This document shows positions 20,506 to 31,944 of a DNA stretch of 64,000 nucleotides, in pieces. The translations under genes and the position numbers were made by a program. The stretch comes from Candidatus Heimdallarchaeota archaeon (GTDB lineage: Archaea > Asgardarchaeota > Heimdallarchaeia > Heimdallarchaeales > Heimdallarchaeaceae). Under the pieces are notes generated by a model, which was given only the letters and a program-made list of their open reading frames with translations, was not told the origin of the DNA and did not search any database. Position 1 is the first letter of the stretch; every line of letters begins with the position of its first letter. The DNA is taken from assembly GCA_030603365.1 (NCBI GenBank), contig JAUVXV010000001.1, positions 32,001-96,000 on the forward strand. Direction: 5' to 3'.

Positions 20506-20934
20506 TTGGAATCTAATAGTCAGGTTTATCTTGCTGCTCTCGTGAATATGTCCTTTGTCGCACAAGAAATTAGTAGATTAACTGCAAAGATTACTTCTGA
20601 TATAATACTTATTCCAGCTGGTTATCATGATGATGACGATAATTATACTCTTGAAGATTGGATAACAGCTGTGATTCTAGCTGAAAAGATTTCAAAAATG
20701 ACTTCATATCAAATAGAAGTCAAAGATGATTTTTGGAAGAGAACCCAAACAATTCTTAAGAATCAAACAAAAATTGAAGATCTTCTTAAAAACTCAAAAA
20801 ATGGCATATATTTACAGAAACTAGGATTTGAAAATGATGTTAATTTCTCTATTTCTTTAGATAAGATAAACAATTTTTTGAAAGTGAAAAAATGGCAGAA
20901 TTTCAATGGTTTAAGATGTGTAGAACTAGAATAA
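20506..20934 (+). pseudogene. 5'-truncated 2-phosphosulfolactate phosphatase (ComB)-like
   Basis: C-terminal half only (LAALVN, PAG, LED, NG..L..LGF..DV); frame closed by TAA at 20410-20412 so N-terminal motifs are missing. Confidence 0.55.
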
Positions 20935-20997
20935 GTTCAAAATATACAAGATTTAATCTTCTAATGAAGAAATGAAAAAAGAAGGAGATTTGTAAAA

Positions 20998-22440
20998 TCA
21001 GATATCAACTGAATTGAAATCTGTTTTATCGTCTCTTTTATCCATGTGGAATTTATCAATGATTTCTGAAGGAATACGTTTGAGAACTCTGTGGGGATCA
21101 TCGAAAATGGATAACATTTCCCAACCTATGTCTAATGATTCGAATATGGTTCTGTCTTCATGATAATCTTGATTAATAAATCTCTGCTCAAACAGATCTG
21201 CGAATTCTAGAATCTTTTTATCAGTCTCTGAAAGTGATTCATCTCCTACAACAGCAACTAAATCCCTTAGATCTCTACCTGTTGCATAAAGTGCATAAAG
21301 TTGATCTGATACAAATTTGTGATCGCTTCTTGTAGAACCCTGCCCTATTGTGTCCTTCATAAGCCTTGAAAGAGAAGGCAATGGGTTTATTGGTGGATAA
21401 AGACCTTTACGATTTAAAGCAACATCTACATACACTTGCCCTTCAGTAATATACCCGGTAAGATCGGGGACTGGATGAGTAATATCATAGTTTGGTAGAG
21501 TTAGAATAGGAATCTGTGTGATTGATCCTTTCTTATCATGTATTCTCCCTGCTCTCTCATAAATAGTTGAGAAATCTGAATACATATATCCTGGATACCC
21601 TCTTCTACTTGGAACTTCACTTCTAGCTGCTGCGACCTCGCGTAATGATTCTGCGTAAGCAGTCATATCTGTTAGGATTACTAAAACATGATAATTATGT
21701 TCATAAGCAAGATATTCAGCAACTGTTAATGCCAATCGAGGAGTCAATAACCGTTCAATAGCTGGATCATCAGCTAAATTAAGGAAAAGGACTACTTTGT
21801 CCAAAGCACCAGTTGCTTCGAAATCATCACGGAAAAACCTTGCTTCATCAGCAGTGATACCCATAGCTGAAAAGATAACTGCAAATTCCTCTTCTGTTCC
21901 TAATACTTTAGCTTGACGAGCAATTTGGGCTGCGAGCATATTATGAGGTAAACCACTTCCACTAAAGAGCGGTAGCTTTTGACCTCTTACAAGAGTGAGT
22001 AAAGTATCAATTGTACTAATCCCTGTTTCAATGAATTCTTTTGGGTACTGACGAGCTGATGGATTGATTGGAGTTCCAGCTACATCTAATATTTTATCAG
22101 GAATGATGTCTCCTCCACCGTCTATAGATTCACCTCTTCCATTAAAAACACGGCCAAGCATTTCTTTGCTTACACCTATTTTCATTGTTTCTCCGAGAAA
22201 CCTACAAATGGTGTCTTTTGTTTCGAGACCAGAAGTACCTTCAAAACACTGTATTATAGCAAGATCTTTGGACACATCTAATACTTGCCCTCTTCTTCTT
22301 TCTCCTGAGGTGGTTGTGATTTCAGCCATTTCACCATAAGATACTTCTCCCATTCCCCTTAAATTAACAAACATTAATGGTCCTGAAACTTCTGTCACTG
22401 TCTGAAATTCTCTTGCTTCATATCTCTCTTTTATTGTCAT
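20998..22440 (-). CDS. atpB: A/V-type ATP synthase subunit B
   Basis: [36 protein letters not shown]. Confidence 0.97.
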   Translation of the reverse strand: MTIKERYEAREFQTVTEVSGPLMFVNLRGMGEVSYGEMAEITTTSGERRRGQVLDVSKDLAIIQCFEGTSGLETKDTICRFLGETMKIGVSKEMLGRVFNGRGESIDGGGDIIPDKILDVAGTPINPSARQYPKEFIETGISTIDTLLTLVRGQKLPLFSGSGLPHNMLAAQIARQAKVLGTEEEFAVIFSAMGITADEARFFRDDFEATGALDKVVLFLNLADDPAIERLLTPRLALTVAEYLAYEHNYHVLVILTDMTAYAESLREVAAARSEVPSRRGYPGYMYSDFSTIYERAGRIHDKKGSITQIPILTLPNYDITHPVPDLTGYITEGQVYVDVALNRKGLYPPINPLPSLSRLMKDTIGQGSTRSDHKFVSDQLYALYATGRDLRDLVAVVGDESLSETDKKILEFADLFEQRFINQDYHEDRTIFESLDIGWEMLSIFDDPHRVLKRIPSEIIDKFHMDKRDDKTDFNSVDI

Positions 22441-22453
22441 TTTTATCCCTCTG

Positions 22454-24250
22454 TTATTTATCCTCTACCTCAAAGTTTTGAGGTGTTAATCCATCAATTT
22501 CTTTCATAAGTTCATTCAAGCTAGTTTCAACTTCACTTTTTTCAATATATTTCATTCTAGCAATTCTTATTACCAAATCACTTTCAAAGATATCAGCAAC
22601 ATTTGTACCTCTTCTGTGAAGATCTTTGGCTTTTTCATAGAAACGCAGAATTGTCTTTAACATAAGGTATTGTTTTTCTAGACTGCAGAAACTATCAGAT
22701 TCATGGAAAGCATTTTGCTGTAGAAAATCTTCTTTCAGCATTCTTGCAGTCTCAAGAATTATTTTCTCACTTGGTGGTAAAGCATCTGGTCCAACAAGAG
22801 CTACAATGTCCTGGAGTTCCTTGTCTTTTTGTAATAATGCGAGAGATTGTGTTCTTAATTCTGGGAATTCAGGATTTACATTCTGTGAATAGTAATCTTC
22901 TAATGCTGACCAATAGAGTGTATAGCTCAATAAGTAATCAATTGCTGGAAAATGCCTGCGACTTGCTAATTCTTTTGAAAGAGCCCAGAAGACTTTGACA
23001 ATTCTTAAAGTATTTTGTGTAACAGGTTCGCTGAAATCTCCACCAGGAGGACTTACTGCTCCTACTACAGTGATACTAGCTTCTCTTTGTTTTGTACCTA
23101 TTGTTAAAACACGACCTGCTCTTTCATAGTATTGGGCAATTCTCGATGCGAGATAAGCAGGGAATGATTCTTCACCAGGCATTTCTTCCAAACGACCTGA
23201 GATTTCTCTCATTGCTTCAGCCCAACGGGATGTACTATCAGCCATCATAGCAACATCATACCCCATATCTCTAAAGAATTCAGCAAGAGTTATACCAGTA
23301 TATACACTTGCTTCACGAGCAGCTACAGGCATATTTGAAGTATTTGCAATTAGAATAGTACGATCCATAAGAGGACCCCCTGTGTAAGGATCTACAAGTC
23401 TTGGAAATTCTTGGAGTACATCGGTCATCTCATTTCCTCGTTCTCCACATCCAACATAAACTACAATTTTCGCATCTGACCACTTTGCAAGCTGATGCTG
23501 ACTGACAGTTTTTCCAGTTCCAAAACCTCCAGGAATTGCTCCTGTACCTCCTTTAGCAATTGGTGCAAAGGTATCAAAAATTCTTTGACCTGTGATTAAG
23601 GGAATATTAGAAGGCAATCGACTATGATATGGTCTTGGTTGTCTAACTGGCCATTTATGATAAAACTGTAAGTCAACTTTGTCTCCACTAGGTGTTACTA
23701 AAGTTGCTGCAGTATCATCAATATTGTAATCCCCTCTTTGTGCAATAAATTCGATTTTTCCGTTTATTTTTGGAGGTACTAAGAGTTTGAAATCAACTGT
23801 TGGTGTTTCTGGTATCTCTCCAAGAATGTCTCCTCCTAAAACTTTGTCTCCAACTTTTACACTGGGGGCAAAATCCCATAATTTCTTATGGTCTAAACCT
23901 GGAATTTCAATTCCTCTTTCTATGAAATCACCAGAAATTTCACGAATTACAGGTAAAGGTCTTTGAATTCCATCAAAAATTTGTCTGATTAATCCTGGTC
24001 CTAGTTCGACTGATAAAGGTGCATTTGTTAGATATACTGGTTCTCCTGGAGTTAATCCATCTGTACTTTCATACACTTGAATTGTAGCTAAGTCTTCAGT
24101 AAGTTTTATAATCTCGCCAACTAGTTTCTCTTCTCCAACCCTAGCTACATCGTACAATTTGGAACCTAACATGTTAGAAGCCTGAACTACTGGTCCTGAA
24201 ATTCTATCGATATAACCAACCTGTTCTGAATTAGCCATAGTCATTTTCAT
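22454..24250 (-). CDS. atpA: A/V-type ATP synthase subunit A
   Basis: [30 protein letters not shown]; no intein. Confidence 0.97.
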   Translation of the reverse strand: MKMTMANSEQVGYIDRISGPVVQASNMLGSKLYDVARVGEEKLVGEIIKLTEDLATIQVYESTDGLTPGEPVYLTNAPLSVELGPGLIRQIFDGIQRPLPVIREISGDFIERGIEIPGLDHKKLWDFAPSVKVGDKVLGGDILGEIPETPTVDFKLLVPPKINGKIEFIAQRGDYNIDDTAATLVTPSGDKVDLQFYHKWPVRQPRPYHSRLPSNIPLITGQRIFDTFAPIAKGGTGAIPGGFGTGKTVSQHQLAKWSDAKIVVYVGCGERGNEMTDVLQEFPRLVDPYTGGPLMDRTILIANTSNMPVAAREASVYTGITLAEFFRDMGYDVAMMADSTSRWAEAMREISGRLEEMPGEESFPAYLASRIAQYYERAGRVLTIGTKQREASITVVGAVSPPGGDFSEPVTQNTLRIVKVFWALSKELASRRHFPAIDYLLSYTLYWSALEDYYSQNVNPEFPELRTQSLALLQKDKELQDIVALVGPDALPPSEKIILETARMLKEDFLQQNAFHESDSFCSLEKQYLMLKTILRFYEKAKDLHRRGTNVADIFESDLVIRIARMKYIEKSEVETSLNELMKEIDGLTPQNFEVEDK

Positions 24251-24375
24251 TACACTCTATATGCTACGCAACTTGTGAATTTCTTTTTTTAAGTTTTGTT
24301 AAATACCTCTATTTGAATAGTTAAAAATAAACTTAAGAAATTTTTGCACTAAACAAGTTGTTATAGTGATGAGGG

Positions 24376-25746
24376 CTATATTTTATATTTTGCAATTGCT
24401 TTTCTAACAAGTTCTAGGCTTTTATTCATAAGAATCTCTGCTCTTTTACTTGTCTTTGCTTCCACAAAAATTCTAAAAATAGACTCAGTACCAGACGGTC
24501 TGATAAGAACCCAACCATCAGAAAAGAACAATTTCACGCCATCAATAGTAATAATTTCATCAGCTTCTTCTACATTATTTTTGATATATTCCATTACTTC
24601 CTCTTTCAAATCTTCAGGACAACTAATCTTATCTTTTCTTTGATAATAATTTGGAAATTCAAGTAGTAAATTGCTTAACCTTTTTTCTGAATTTGCAAGA
24701 ATTTCAGCCATTAAAGCAGCTGCCATCATGCCATCTCTGACACTTTGATGGGGACCATAAAACAGTCCACCATTTTCTTCACCACCTAGGATGCAATTTT
24801 TCTCTATCATTTTACGACTAACATAAATGCAGCCAACAGGTGTCCAGAAAATTTTACCACCAACTTCTTCAATTATATCAGTCATAACTGAAGAAGAGCT
24901 AATTGGGGTTACAAATCTCTTATTTTCATTTTGTTGCAATACCCATTTTTCAAACAGAGCAATTGATTTATCACCGTAATGGATTTTGCCTTTATCATCA
25001 CCGAAAATTGCTCTATCTGCATCTCCATCATGTGCAATGGAGAAATCTGCTCCAGTTTCAGTAGTTATCTTCTTCATTAAACTCAGTCTTTCTGGTACTG
25101 GTTCTACACCTCTCCCTGGAAAACTTCCATCCAATTGGCAGTTTAAACTAATGACTTTAACTCCTAGTTGTCGTAGAAGAATGGGTGTTACTAAACTACC
25201 TACCCCATTTCCCCCATCCACAACAGCTGAAAGTTTTCTTCTTCTAATCTTATCTAAATCAACTAAACCTATCATTCTATCTATATATTCTGATGAAACG
25301 TCAATTTTTGTTATTTCTTTGTTTTCACTCCATCCAACATAACTAAAGTTTTCTTCTTCGTATGTCTGTTCTATTTTCAATTGTTTTGGGGTATCTATTT
25401 CAATACCATCTGAATCAATTACCTTTACTCCATTAAATTCAGGAGGATTATGGCTTGCTGTAACCATTATTCCCATATCTGCTTTCAAAAATGGAACAGC
25501 GAATTGAAGGAGGGGGGTAGGTACTGTTCCTACATCGATTACTTCTGTACCACTTGCTAGGAAACTTGCGATAATAACACTTTTCAGTAAAGGACTACTA
25601 AGTCTCGAATCCGCTCCAATAACCATTGTCCCCTTATCTAACATATAGGAAGCTATAGCAGAACTCATTTTAGATATAAATATGGGGTTCATGTGATTTC
25701 CTACAACTCCACGTATCCCATTGGTACCAAAATACTTCCTTTTCAT
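24376..25746 (-). CDS. Phosphoglucosamine mutase/phosphomannomutase
   Basis: FGTNGIRG, TASHNP, DGDADR, GEENGG, RPSGTE. Confidence 0.93.
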   Translation of the reverse strand: MKRKYFGTNGIRGVVGNHMNPIFISKMSSAIASYMLDKGTMVIGADSRLSSPLLKSVIIASFLASGTEVIDVGTVPTPLLQFAVPFLKADMGIMVTASHNPPEFNGVKVIDSDGIEIDTPKQLKIEQTYEEENFSYVGWSENKEITKIDVSSEYIDRMIGLVDLDKIRRRKLSAVVDGGNGVGSLVTPILLRQLGVKVISLNCQLDGSFPGRGVEPVPERLSLMKKITTETGADFSIAHDGDADRAIFGDDKGKIHYGDKSIALFEKWVLQQNENKRFVTPISSSSVMTDIIEEVGGKIFWTPVGCIYVSRKMIEKNCILGGEENGGLFYGPHQSVRDGMMAAALMAEILANSEKRLSNLLLEFPNYYQRKDKISCPEDLKEEVMEYIKNNVEEADEIITIDGVKLFFSDGWVLIRPSGTESIFRIFVEAKTSKRAEILMNKSLELVRKAIAKYKI

Positions 25747-25900
25747 TAATCACATAAAATCTTGAGAGGTTAAATTTCTTTCGACAACTTAAATAGAACA
25801 GAAATTTATTTTAAGATTCCATTTTTAAGGTGCAACAGAATCTTTTAAAAACGTCTTCAATGCTTATCATTTAACCTAAAGGAAATACCGTGGTCGAAAA

Positions 25901-26209
25901 ATGAGTGTTGAATTTCTTAAAGAAATTAGAAAAGTCGAAAGAGATTGTGAAGAGAAAATCAAAAAAGCTGAAACTGCTAAAGATAGCGCTGTAATGGATG
26001 CTGAGAAAAATAGTGTTTTACAAGTTAGAAACGCAGAAATTCTTGCAAAAGAAGAGGTAGAAAGTATTCTTTCTGGTATACAGGATCGAATTAAAGACGA
26101 ATTTGCTACAATGGACAAAGAGTTTAAAGAAGAAAAAAATAAACTCGATGAAAAAGCAAAGAAAACAGAAAAGAAAGCAGTTGAAGTAATATTCTCTGAA
26201 GTTCTATAG
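25901..26209 (+). CDS. A-type ATP synthase peripheral stalk subunit H/G
   Basis: 102-aa charged coiled coil (LKEIRKVE) directly upstream of subunit F. Confidence 0.7.
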   Translation: MSVEFLKEIRKVERDCEEKIKKAETAKDSAVMDAEKNSVLQVRNAEILAKEEVESILSGIQDRIKDEFATMDKEFKEEKNKLDEKAKKTEKKAVEVIFSEVL

Positions 26210-26211
26210 TA

Positions 26212-26550
26212 GTGATTAGAATGAGTGCTCCCCAAAGAACTAAGATTGTAAGCATTGGTGATGAAGAAACTTCTTTGGGTTTTAAGTTGGCTGGTATATC
26301 TAATGTTTATACAGAAGAGCCAGAAAAAGCATCTTCTTTACTTCGTTCTTTAGCAGAAGATCCTGAAATTGCTATTTTAATAATTACAGAAGAAGTTGCA
26401 GAAGCAAACAAAGATGTTATCAGAAGAATAACAATAAATCCATATCCTGTTATTGTAGAGGTGCCTGGAAAGAAGGCACAATATGCAAGTGCAGAAGATA
26501 AAGTTCGTGCATTAATAAAAATGGCATTGGGCATCGACATAGAAATATGA
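26212..26550 (+). CDS. atpF: A/V-type ATP synthase subunit F
   Basis: IGDEETSLGFKLAGI, P.IVEVP, IKMALGIDI. Confidence 0.92.
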   Translation: MIRMSAPQRTKIVSIGDEETSLGFKLAGISNVYTEEPEKASSLLRSLAEDPEIAILIITEEVAEANKDVIRRITINPYPVIVEVPGKKAQYASAEDKVRALIKMALGIDIEI

Positions 26551-26607
26551 TGGAGGAAAAGCCTTTATAGACTTTATTTGTTTATTTTTTAATGGAGACC
26601 AAGTATA

Positions 26608-26880
26608 ATGAATGATAAAATAATTGGTTTAGTTATGATTGTTGGTTCATTATCAATTCTTGGTTTTCTATTTTACTGGACAATATTGATGCCAATTCTT
26701 TGGCCAGAACGTCTTTTTGATGCTTATCTTGGATTAGCAATAGTGTTTTTCATTATTGCTTTTATTGTATTGATTTTCCTAACATGGGTTGGATGGATTT
26801 TCCTAAAGACAAGAGCTCCAAAAGAAGGGATGCTTGAAGCAAAAATAGAACAAATTAATAATTTTGAAATAAAAGATTGA
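26608..26880 (+). CDS. Small 2-TM membrane protein, DPM2-like
   Basis: DKIIGL..SL...WTILMP...AYLGLAI...LKTR pattern. Confidence 0.55.
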   Translation: MNDKIIGLVMIVGSLSILGFLFYWTILMPILWPERLFDAYLGLAIVFFIIAFIVLIFLTWVGWIFLKTRAPKEGMLEAKIEQINNFEIKD

Positions 26881-26892
26881 GAAAGTGATAAT

Positions 26893-27270
26893 ATGATGGG
26901 CGGTAAGAGACCTATATCTCCTCGTGAAGCAAAAAGAATGAAAGCAAGAATGAGACAAATTGAATTGGAAGGAGTTGAAGAAGTTATTATACGTTTCGCT
27001 GACAAGGAAACTGTGATTCATAATCCTTCTGTAGTTAAAGCCTTTATTCCTGGTATGCTGGAATCTGATACCTTCCAAGTTATGGGAGCAGGAACAGATC
27101 GTCCGAGAGGAAGTGAAGAAGGTACAGTAGCAGGTGTCACTGTCACAGACTCTGACGTTGAACTAGTAATGGCTCAAACAGGTTCTTCAAAAGAAGATGC
27201 TAGAAAAGCTCTTGAAGAAGAAAAAGGAGATCTTGCTGGAGCAATTGTAAAACTAAAAACAAAGAAATAA
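26893..27270 (+). CDS. nac: Nascent polypeptide-associated complex protein
   Basis: VEEVII, FQVMG, UBA domain DVELVMAQTG..GDLAGAI. Confidence 0.93.
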   Translation: MMGGKRPISPREAKRMKARMRQIELEGVEEVIIRFADKETVIHNPSVVKAFIPGMLESDTFQVMGAGTDRPRGSEEGTVAGVTVTDSDVELVMAQTGSSKEDARKALEEEKGDLAGAIVKLKTKK

Positions 27271-27271
27271 C

Positions 27272-27757
27272 TTATTTCTCTTTCTTCAGGCCTTTTCGTG
27301 TAGAAATTGCTACGCCTTTATTCATTTCTTTTATCATTTTTCCTGAAATTCTTGCAGTTCCAATTCCCAGAAATTCATTATTTTGATTAATTATGATTAC
27401 TTCATCTTTGATTGCGATTCGTTGATCAGCTTCTAATACATGTTTTGCGAAAACAGTTTTTCCATCTCTTACAAATGGTTCTGTATCTTGGTTTACCTTT
27501 ACCCTTAGACCAAATCCATTTTGGTGAAGTATTTCTCCTCCTAAGAGGGAAGGAACTAAAAAACCATCACGAACACGAAAAGAGCAAATTCTTTCTTCAT
27601 TTTTGTATATGAAGCGTATCCTGTTTGTTCCCTTAGATCTCTCAACATAGATGTTGTCCGAAAACAAAGCATCTCCTGCTCCTTGTCCAAATTGAAAATC
27701 AGCAATACTTTGAATTTTCTTTAAATCAGAATCATTTGGTTTCTCAAGTTTTGCCAT
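27272..27757 (-). CDS. PUA-domain protein (archaeosine TGT C-terminal-like)
   Basis: IADFQFGQGAG, GKTVFAKHV, DEVII. Confidence 0.85.
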   Translation of the reverse strand: MAKLEKPNDSDLKKIQSIADFQFGQGAGDALFSDNIYVERSKGTNRIRFIYKNEERICSFRVRDGFLVPSLLGGEILHQNGFGLRVKVNQDTEPFVRDGKTVFAKHVLEADQRIAIKDEVIIINQNNEFLGIGTARISGKMIKEMNKGVAISTRKGLKKEK

Positions 27758-27809
27758 ATAGAAAAAACTTATACAATCAAATAATAAGAATTGTTATCAA
27801 GAAGAACAT

Positions 27810-28643
27810 CTATTTTGTTACATACAAATCAGTGCATAGATGATAGTTTTTAGGAGAATATTTCTTTATTTTTCGAATATTCTTAATTTCAATATCATAA
27901 TCTAATCTTTTTCTTATTCGATCTATGTATTTTTTGGGTTGATTCAAATTGTCTCTAGGAGAAAGACTATGATAATGAATCCATCCTTCTCCTTTTATTG
28001 CTTCTAGACCGCATTTCAATTGTTCTTCATCACTATCAAAATATCCCATCAACACCCTTGTAGCAAAATTTACTGGTGTTTTTTTCCTATTGTCACCATA
28101 AATAGGATAATATCTCTTTTCCACTTTATTTGCTTTAACATTAGTTTCAAGAAAATTAAAAGCCACTTGATTCCACTCTATTCCATAAGCAATTACAGTT
28201 GGTTTATTTACAACAACTGGTAAGGATAAATTACCAATGCAAGCAAACATATCACACAAAATCTCGTTATCTTCAACCTCTTGGATTAATCTTTTTCTCT
28301 CACCTTTATTGCCTGGTGATAATGTTATTTCTGCTACATCTATCTGGAATTCTGTTTTGTATTCACGATGTACGGTAGAGGTTCTAGGTTCTCCTGCAAT
28401 GTGAGATATGATTGGTTTTCTATGAGGGGTTACGGTGTTTAGTTGTTCAACGACCACGTTAATTTGTGAATCAATATCTATTATTATATCTCCTAATAAC
28501 TCTTTATACTTACTAAGGCTTTCATCAACATGGTGAAAAATTGCTATATCTCCTATAACTGAATATCCAGCAGGTAGTTTTTCAAGTAATTCAGTATCAA
28601 TTTTTCCTTGAAATATAGTTTGTAATCTGTCTTTGAGTTTCAT
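27810..28643 (-). CDS. Trm5/Taw2-family SAM-dependent tRNA-modifying transferase
   Basis: IGDIAI, DMFACIG, IEWN..A, RVLMGY, GWIHYH. Confidence 0.85.
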   Translation of the reverse strand: MKLKDRLQTIFQGKIDTELLEKLPAGYSVIGDIAIFHHVDESLSKYKELLGDIIIDIDSQINVVVEQLNTVTPHRKPIISHIAGEPRTSTVHREYKTEFQIDVAEITLSPGNKGERKRLIQEVEDNEILCDMFACIGNLSLPVVVNKPTVIAYGIEWNQVAFNFLETNVKANKVEKRYYPIYGDNRKKTPVNFATRVLMGYFDSDEEQLKCGLEAIKGEGWIHYHSLSPRDNLNQPKKYIDRIRKRLDYDIEIKNIRKIKKYSPKNYHLCTDLYVTK

Positions 28644-28710
28644 TAATACTAATTATATCTTTCAACATCAATTTTTAATATTATCTGCTTTTTATAATTT
28701 ATAGAAGAAA

Positions 28711-29253
28711 ATGGTTTGTACTGCAAAGCTCAACAAAAAATACTCCTTAATTGAAGAAAAAAATGCAAATGACATCTACAGTCAAGGTTGGTTTGGATAT
28801 TTCTCTAAAGGAAATAATCTGAGATTAGATCCATTTGAAACGGTTCTATTGCTTGAACGAAAGAAGATTAATGTTATGAGTAAATTAAACCAGTTATTAG
28901 AACTAAAGGATGTTGTTGCTTATTTTTCAGATAATGATTCCGATTTCTTAATTCATTATCTTTTGTATAAAGATTTACGAAGTAGGGGATATATTGTTAA
29001 GAAACAATCTTTCGAAAGTAAATATTTTGAGCTATACGAACGTGGTGCAACACCAAAGAAAGCAAAACATCTAGCTCTAGTTATCCCCATGGTTGAGGGC
29101 GTTCTATTTGATATTGATGACATCGATCAAATATTATCGGAAACAAAGAAAATAAGTAAACAACTTATCTTCGCAGTAATTGATAGTTTGGGAGATGTTT
29201 CATACTATAGTGTGAGTGAACTGGAATTTGAGAAAATAAACGATAAGGTTTGA
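28711..29253 (+). CDS. tRNA-splicing endonuclease subunit (probably structural)
   Basis: LYKDLRSRGYIVK and AVIDSLGDVSYY; catalytic GxKYG tyrosine motif not evident. Confidence 0.8.
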   Translation: MVCTAKLNKKYSLIEEKNANDIYSQGWFGYFSKGNNLRLDPFETVLLLERKKINVMSKLNQLLELKDVVAYFSDNDSDFLIHYLLYKDLRSRGYIVKKQSFESKYFELYERGATPKKAKHLALVIPMVEGVLFDIDDIDQILSETKKISKQLIFAVIDSLGDVSYYSVSELEFEKINDKV

Positions 29254-29263
29254 GTGAACAGAA

Positions 29264-31075
29264 ATGAAGTATGTACCTGATACATCAACCATAATTAATG
29301 GGCAATTCTTAAAACATCTATCTGAGCAAAAAGACGTTGAATCTATAGTTCTTTCAAGAGTTGTTATAGCTGAGATTGAAAATATGGCTAATCAAGCAAA
29401 AACTACTGGGATGGTAGCTTTGGAAGAATTACAAAGAATCAGAGATTTCTGTGCAAAAACAGCTGCTGACTTAGTTATTGATGGATATAGGCCCTCAGTG
29501 AATCAAATTAAAGGTGCTCCAGGTGGTGAGTTAGATGCTCAGATTAGAGACTTGGCAGCTGAGTATGAAGCCATTCTTGTAACTTCTGATCGAGTTATGG
29601 CTGAAATTGGTAAAGCAGAAGGTTTGGCAGTTGTATTTATTAAGGAAGAAACAAGAAGCATCGGTAAGAAAATTGAGGATTATTTTGATGAAAATACTAT
29701 GTCTATTCATTTGAGAGAGGATAATTTACCGCTGGCTAAAAAAGGCTTTCCGGGTAACTTTCAATTAGTACCCATGCAAGATGAAAAAATTCTCACTAGA
29801 GATTTACTAGATGAATTAGCAAAAGATGTGATTGAAAGAGCATCAAGAGAAAAAGACAGTTTTATTGAATCAGATAGACATGGTACATCTGTTATACAAC
29901 TAAAAAACTCAAGAATTGTAATCCTTAGACCACCATTTAGTGATGCAATGGAGATAACAGCTGTTAGACCAATTGTTAAATTAGCATTAAGTGATTATGA
30001 AATCGATTCAAAACTCCTTCAACGAATTGAGTCAAAGGCTGAAGGCATTCTTCTAGCTGGTCCTCCAGGGGCTGGAAAAAGTACTTTTGCTACAGCTCTA
30101 GCTGAAAATTATGCAGATAAGGATAATATAGTCAAAACCTTTGAAAACCCTAGAGATCTTCAAGTTGATAACAGAATTACTCAAATGTCAGGATTCGGAG
30201 GAGATATTTCAGCTTCAGCTGATTTGGTACTGTTAATGAGACCAGATTATGTTATATATGATGAATTAAGAAAGACAAAGGATTTTGAAACTTATTCTGA
30301 TCTTCGGTTAGCAGGTATAGGTTTGATTGGAGTAGTCCATGCTACTCAAGCAATCGATGGTATTCAAAGATTCATTAAAAGAGTTGATTTGGGTGTGATC
30401 CCATCAATTGTTGATACAATTATTTTTATTTCTCATGGGGAAGTTTCCAAAGTTTATACTCTAGAACTAACAGTTACAGTGCCAACAGGCATGACAGAAA
30501 AAGATTTGAGCAGACCAGTGATTCAGGTGAAAGATTTTCACACAAACAAACCTGAATATGAGATTTATACTTTTGGAGAACAGATTGTTGTCTCTCCAGT
30601 AGGTAAGAACCTCAAAACAAGACAAAAAACTACACGCATCTCAAATGTAACCCCCTCGCATATTGAGAAAGTATTGAAAAGATATTCTCTTTATGATTAT
30701 AATTTTGAGTTCGAAGCTCCAAATTCTCTTGTACTTTTTGTATCTGAAAAGGATAGACCTCGAATAATAGGTAGGGAAGGTAGAACTATTGAAGAAATTG
30801 AGCAGAAACTTGGTCTTTCAATAACTGTAAAATCATTAGATCAGCAAGAGGAAATGGAATTTGTTATAGATTTATATCCATCAAAAAACAAAGTAAACTT
30901 AATATTTCCTAATGTATGTATAGGTAAGGATGTCATTGTTACCGCTAATGGGACAAATCTAGTTCAATTAACTGTTGGAAAGACTAGTGAAGTTAGTATA
31001 GCAAAAAACAGTCAAGTGGGAAAATTATTGATGGAAGCTCATAGTAAAGGAGCTACAATCACTGCTATGCTTTAA
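29264..31075 (+). CDS. PIN-domain ATPase with KH domain (PINA)
   Basis: VPDTS PIN domain, GPPGAGKST, ENPRDL, YDELR, IIGREG KH motif. Confidence 0.92.
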   Translation: MKYVPDTSTIINGQFLKHLSEQKDVESIVLSRVVIAEIENMANQAKTTGMVALEELQRIRDFCAKTAADLVIDGYRPSVNQIKGAPGGELDAQIRDLAAEYEAILVTSDRVMAEIGKAEGLAVVFIKEETRSIGKKIEDYFDENTMSIHLREDNLPLAKKGFPGNFQLVPMQDEKILTRDLLDELAKDVIERASREKDSFIESDRHGTSVIQLKNSRIVILRPPFSDAMEITAVRPIVKLALSDYEIDSKLLQRIESKAEGILLAGPPGAGKSTFATALAENYADKDNIVKTFENPRDLQVDNRITQMSGFGGDISASADLVLLMRPDYVIYDELRKTKDFETYSDLRLAGIGLIGVVHATQAIDGIQRFIKRVDLGVIPSIVDTIIFISHGEVSKVYTLELTVTVPTGMTEKDLSRPVIQVKDFHTNKPEYEIYTFGEQIVVSPVGKNLKTRQKTTRISNVTPSHIEKVLKRYSLYDYNFEFEAPNSLVLFVSEKDRPRIIGREGRTIEEIEQKLGLSITVKSLDQQEEMEFVIDLYPSKNKVNLIFPNVCIGKDVIVTANGTNLVQLTVGKTSEVSIAKNSQVGKLLMEAHSKGATITAML

Positions 31076-31793
31076 TGTCCGTTTCCCTAACTATGACTCT
31101 AACCTTATCCTCTTGACCAATAACAATTCTGTTGGAACCTTTTGGAAATAAACCATTTTCAATAATTCCAGGAATATTATTCAGTTCTTTTTCCATTTTA
31201 AAAGGATCATATTCATTCTTGAAAAAGATGTCTCCTATAATGTTTCCATTATCTGAAATAACCGGTCCTATTTTCCCGGTTCCATGTCTAATTCTCAATT
31301 CACCACCCAAAGTAAAGATCGGCTGAATAACGGTGTTTATCGCATCACTAATGATTTCAATGGGTACAGGGTGACTGTTAAGATTTTTAGGATACTTAGA
31401 ACTATCTGCGATTACAATGAATTCTTTGGAAGCACTTGCAAGTATTTTCTCTTTAGTTAAGGCTCCTCCTCCACCTTTGATGAGAACAAAATCTTCAGTT
31501 ATGATATCTGCACCATCAACATAAACCTCAAGTTCCGGATATTCTACTAATGTGCCTACAGGTAGTCCAGCTTTTACTAATTCAAGATGAGTTTCATTAG
31601 ATGAAGGAATTGTAATAATCTCTAGATCATCTTCTTCAATCAGTATCCCAAGCTCTTGAATAAAGTACTTAACTGTAGAACCTGTCCCCACACCTACAAT
31701 AAATTCATCATAAATGAATTCTTTAGCAGTTTTCTGAGCTGATAAGAGTTTTTCTTTCTCCAGTTTATTGTAATTTTGTTCCTTCTGATCCAT
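31065..31793 (-). CDS. rpiA: Ribose-5-phosphate isomerase A
   Basis: GVGTGST, DGAD, IKGGGGALTKEK. Confidence 0.96.
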   Translation of the reverse strand: MDQKEQNYNKLEKEKLLSAQKTAKEFIYDEFIVGVGTGSTVKYFIQELGILIEEDDLEIITIPSSNETHLELVKAGLPVGTLVEYPELEVYVDGADIITEDFVLIKGGGGALTKEKILASASKEFIVIADSSKYPKNLNSHPVPIEIISDAINTVIQPIFTLGGELRIRHGTGKIGPVISDNGNIIGDIFFKNEYDPFKMEKELNNIPGIIENGLFPKGSNRIVIGQEDKVRVIVRETDIKA

Positions 31794-31944
31794 AAAATAT
31801 TCACTTTCATACTATATTTTCATTTAAATTTTTTAAAATTAATGATAAGTGACGTATTCTGCTTTAAATTTTGAAATAGAAGTAAATTGGGCTGAAACAG
31901 TTTTGTCGTTTCAACCCTTATAAATTGCGTTACGACATTAAGCT

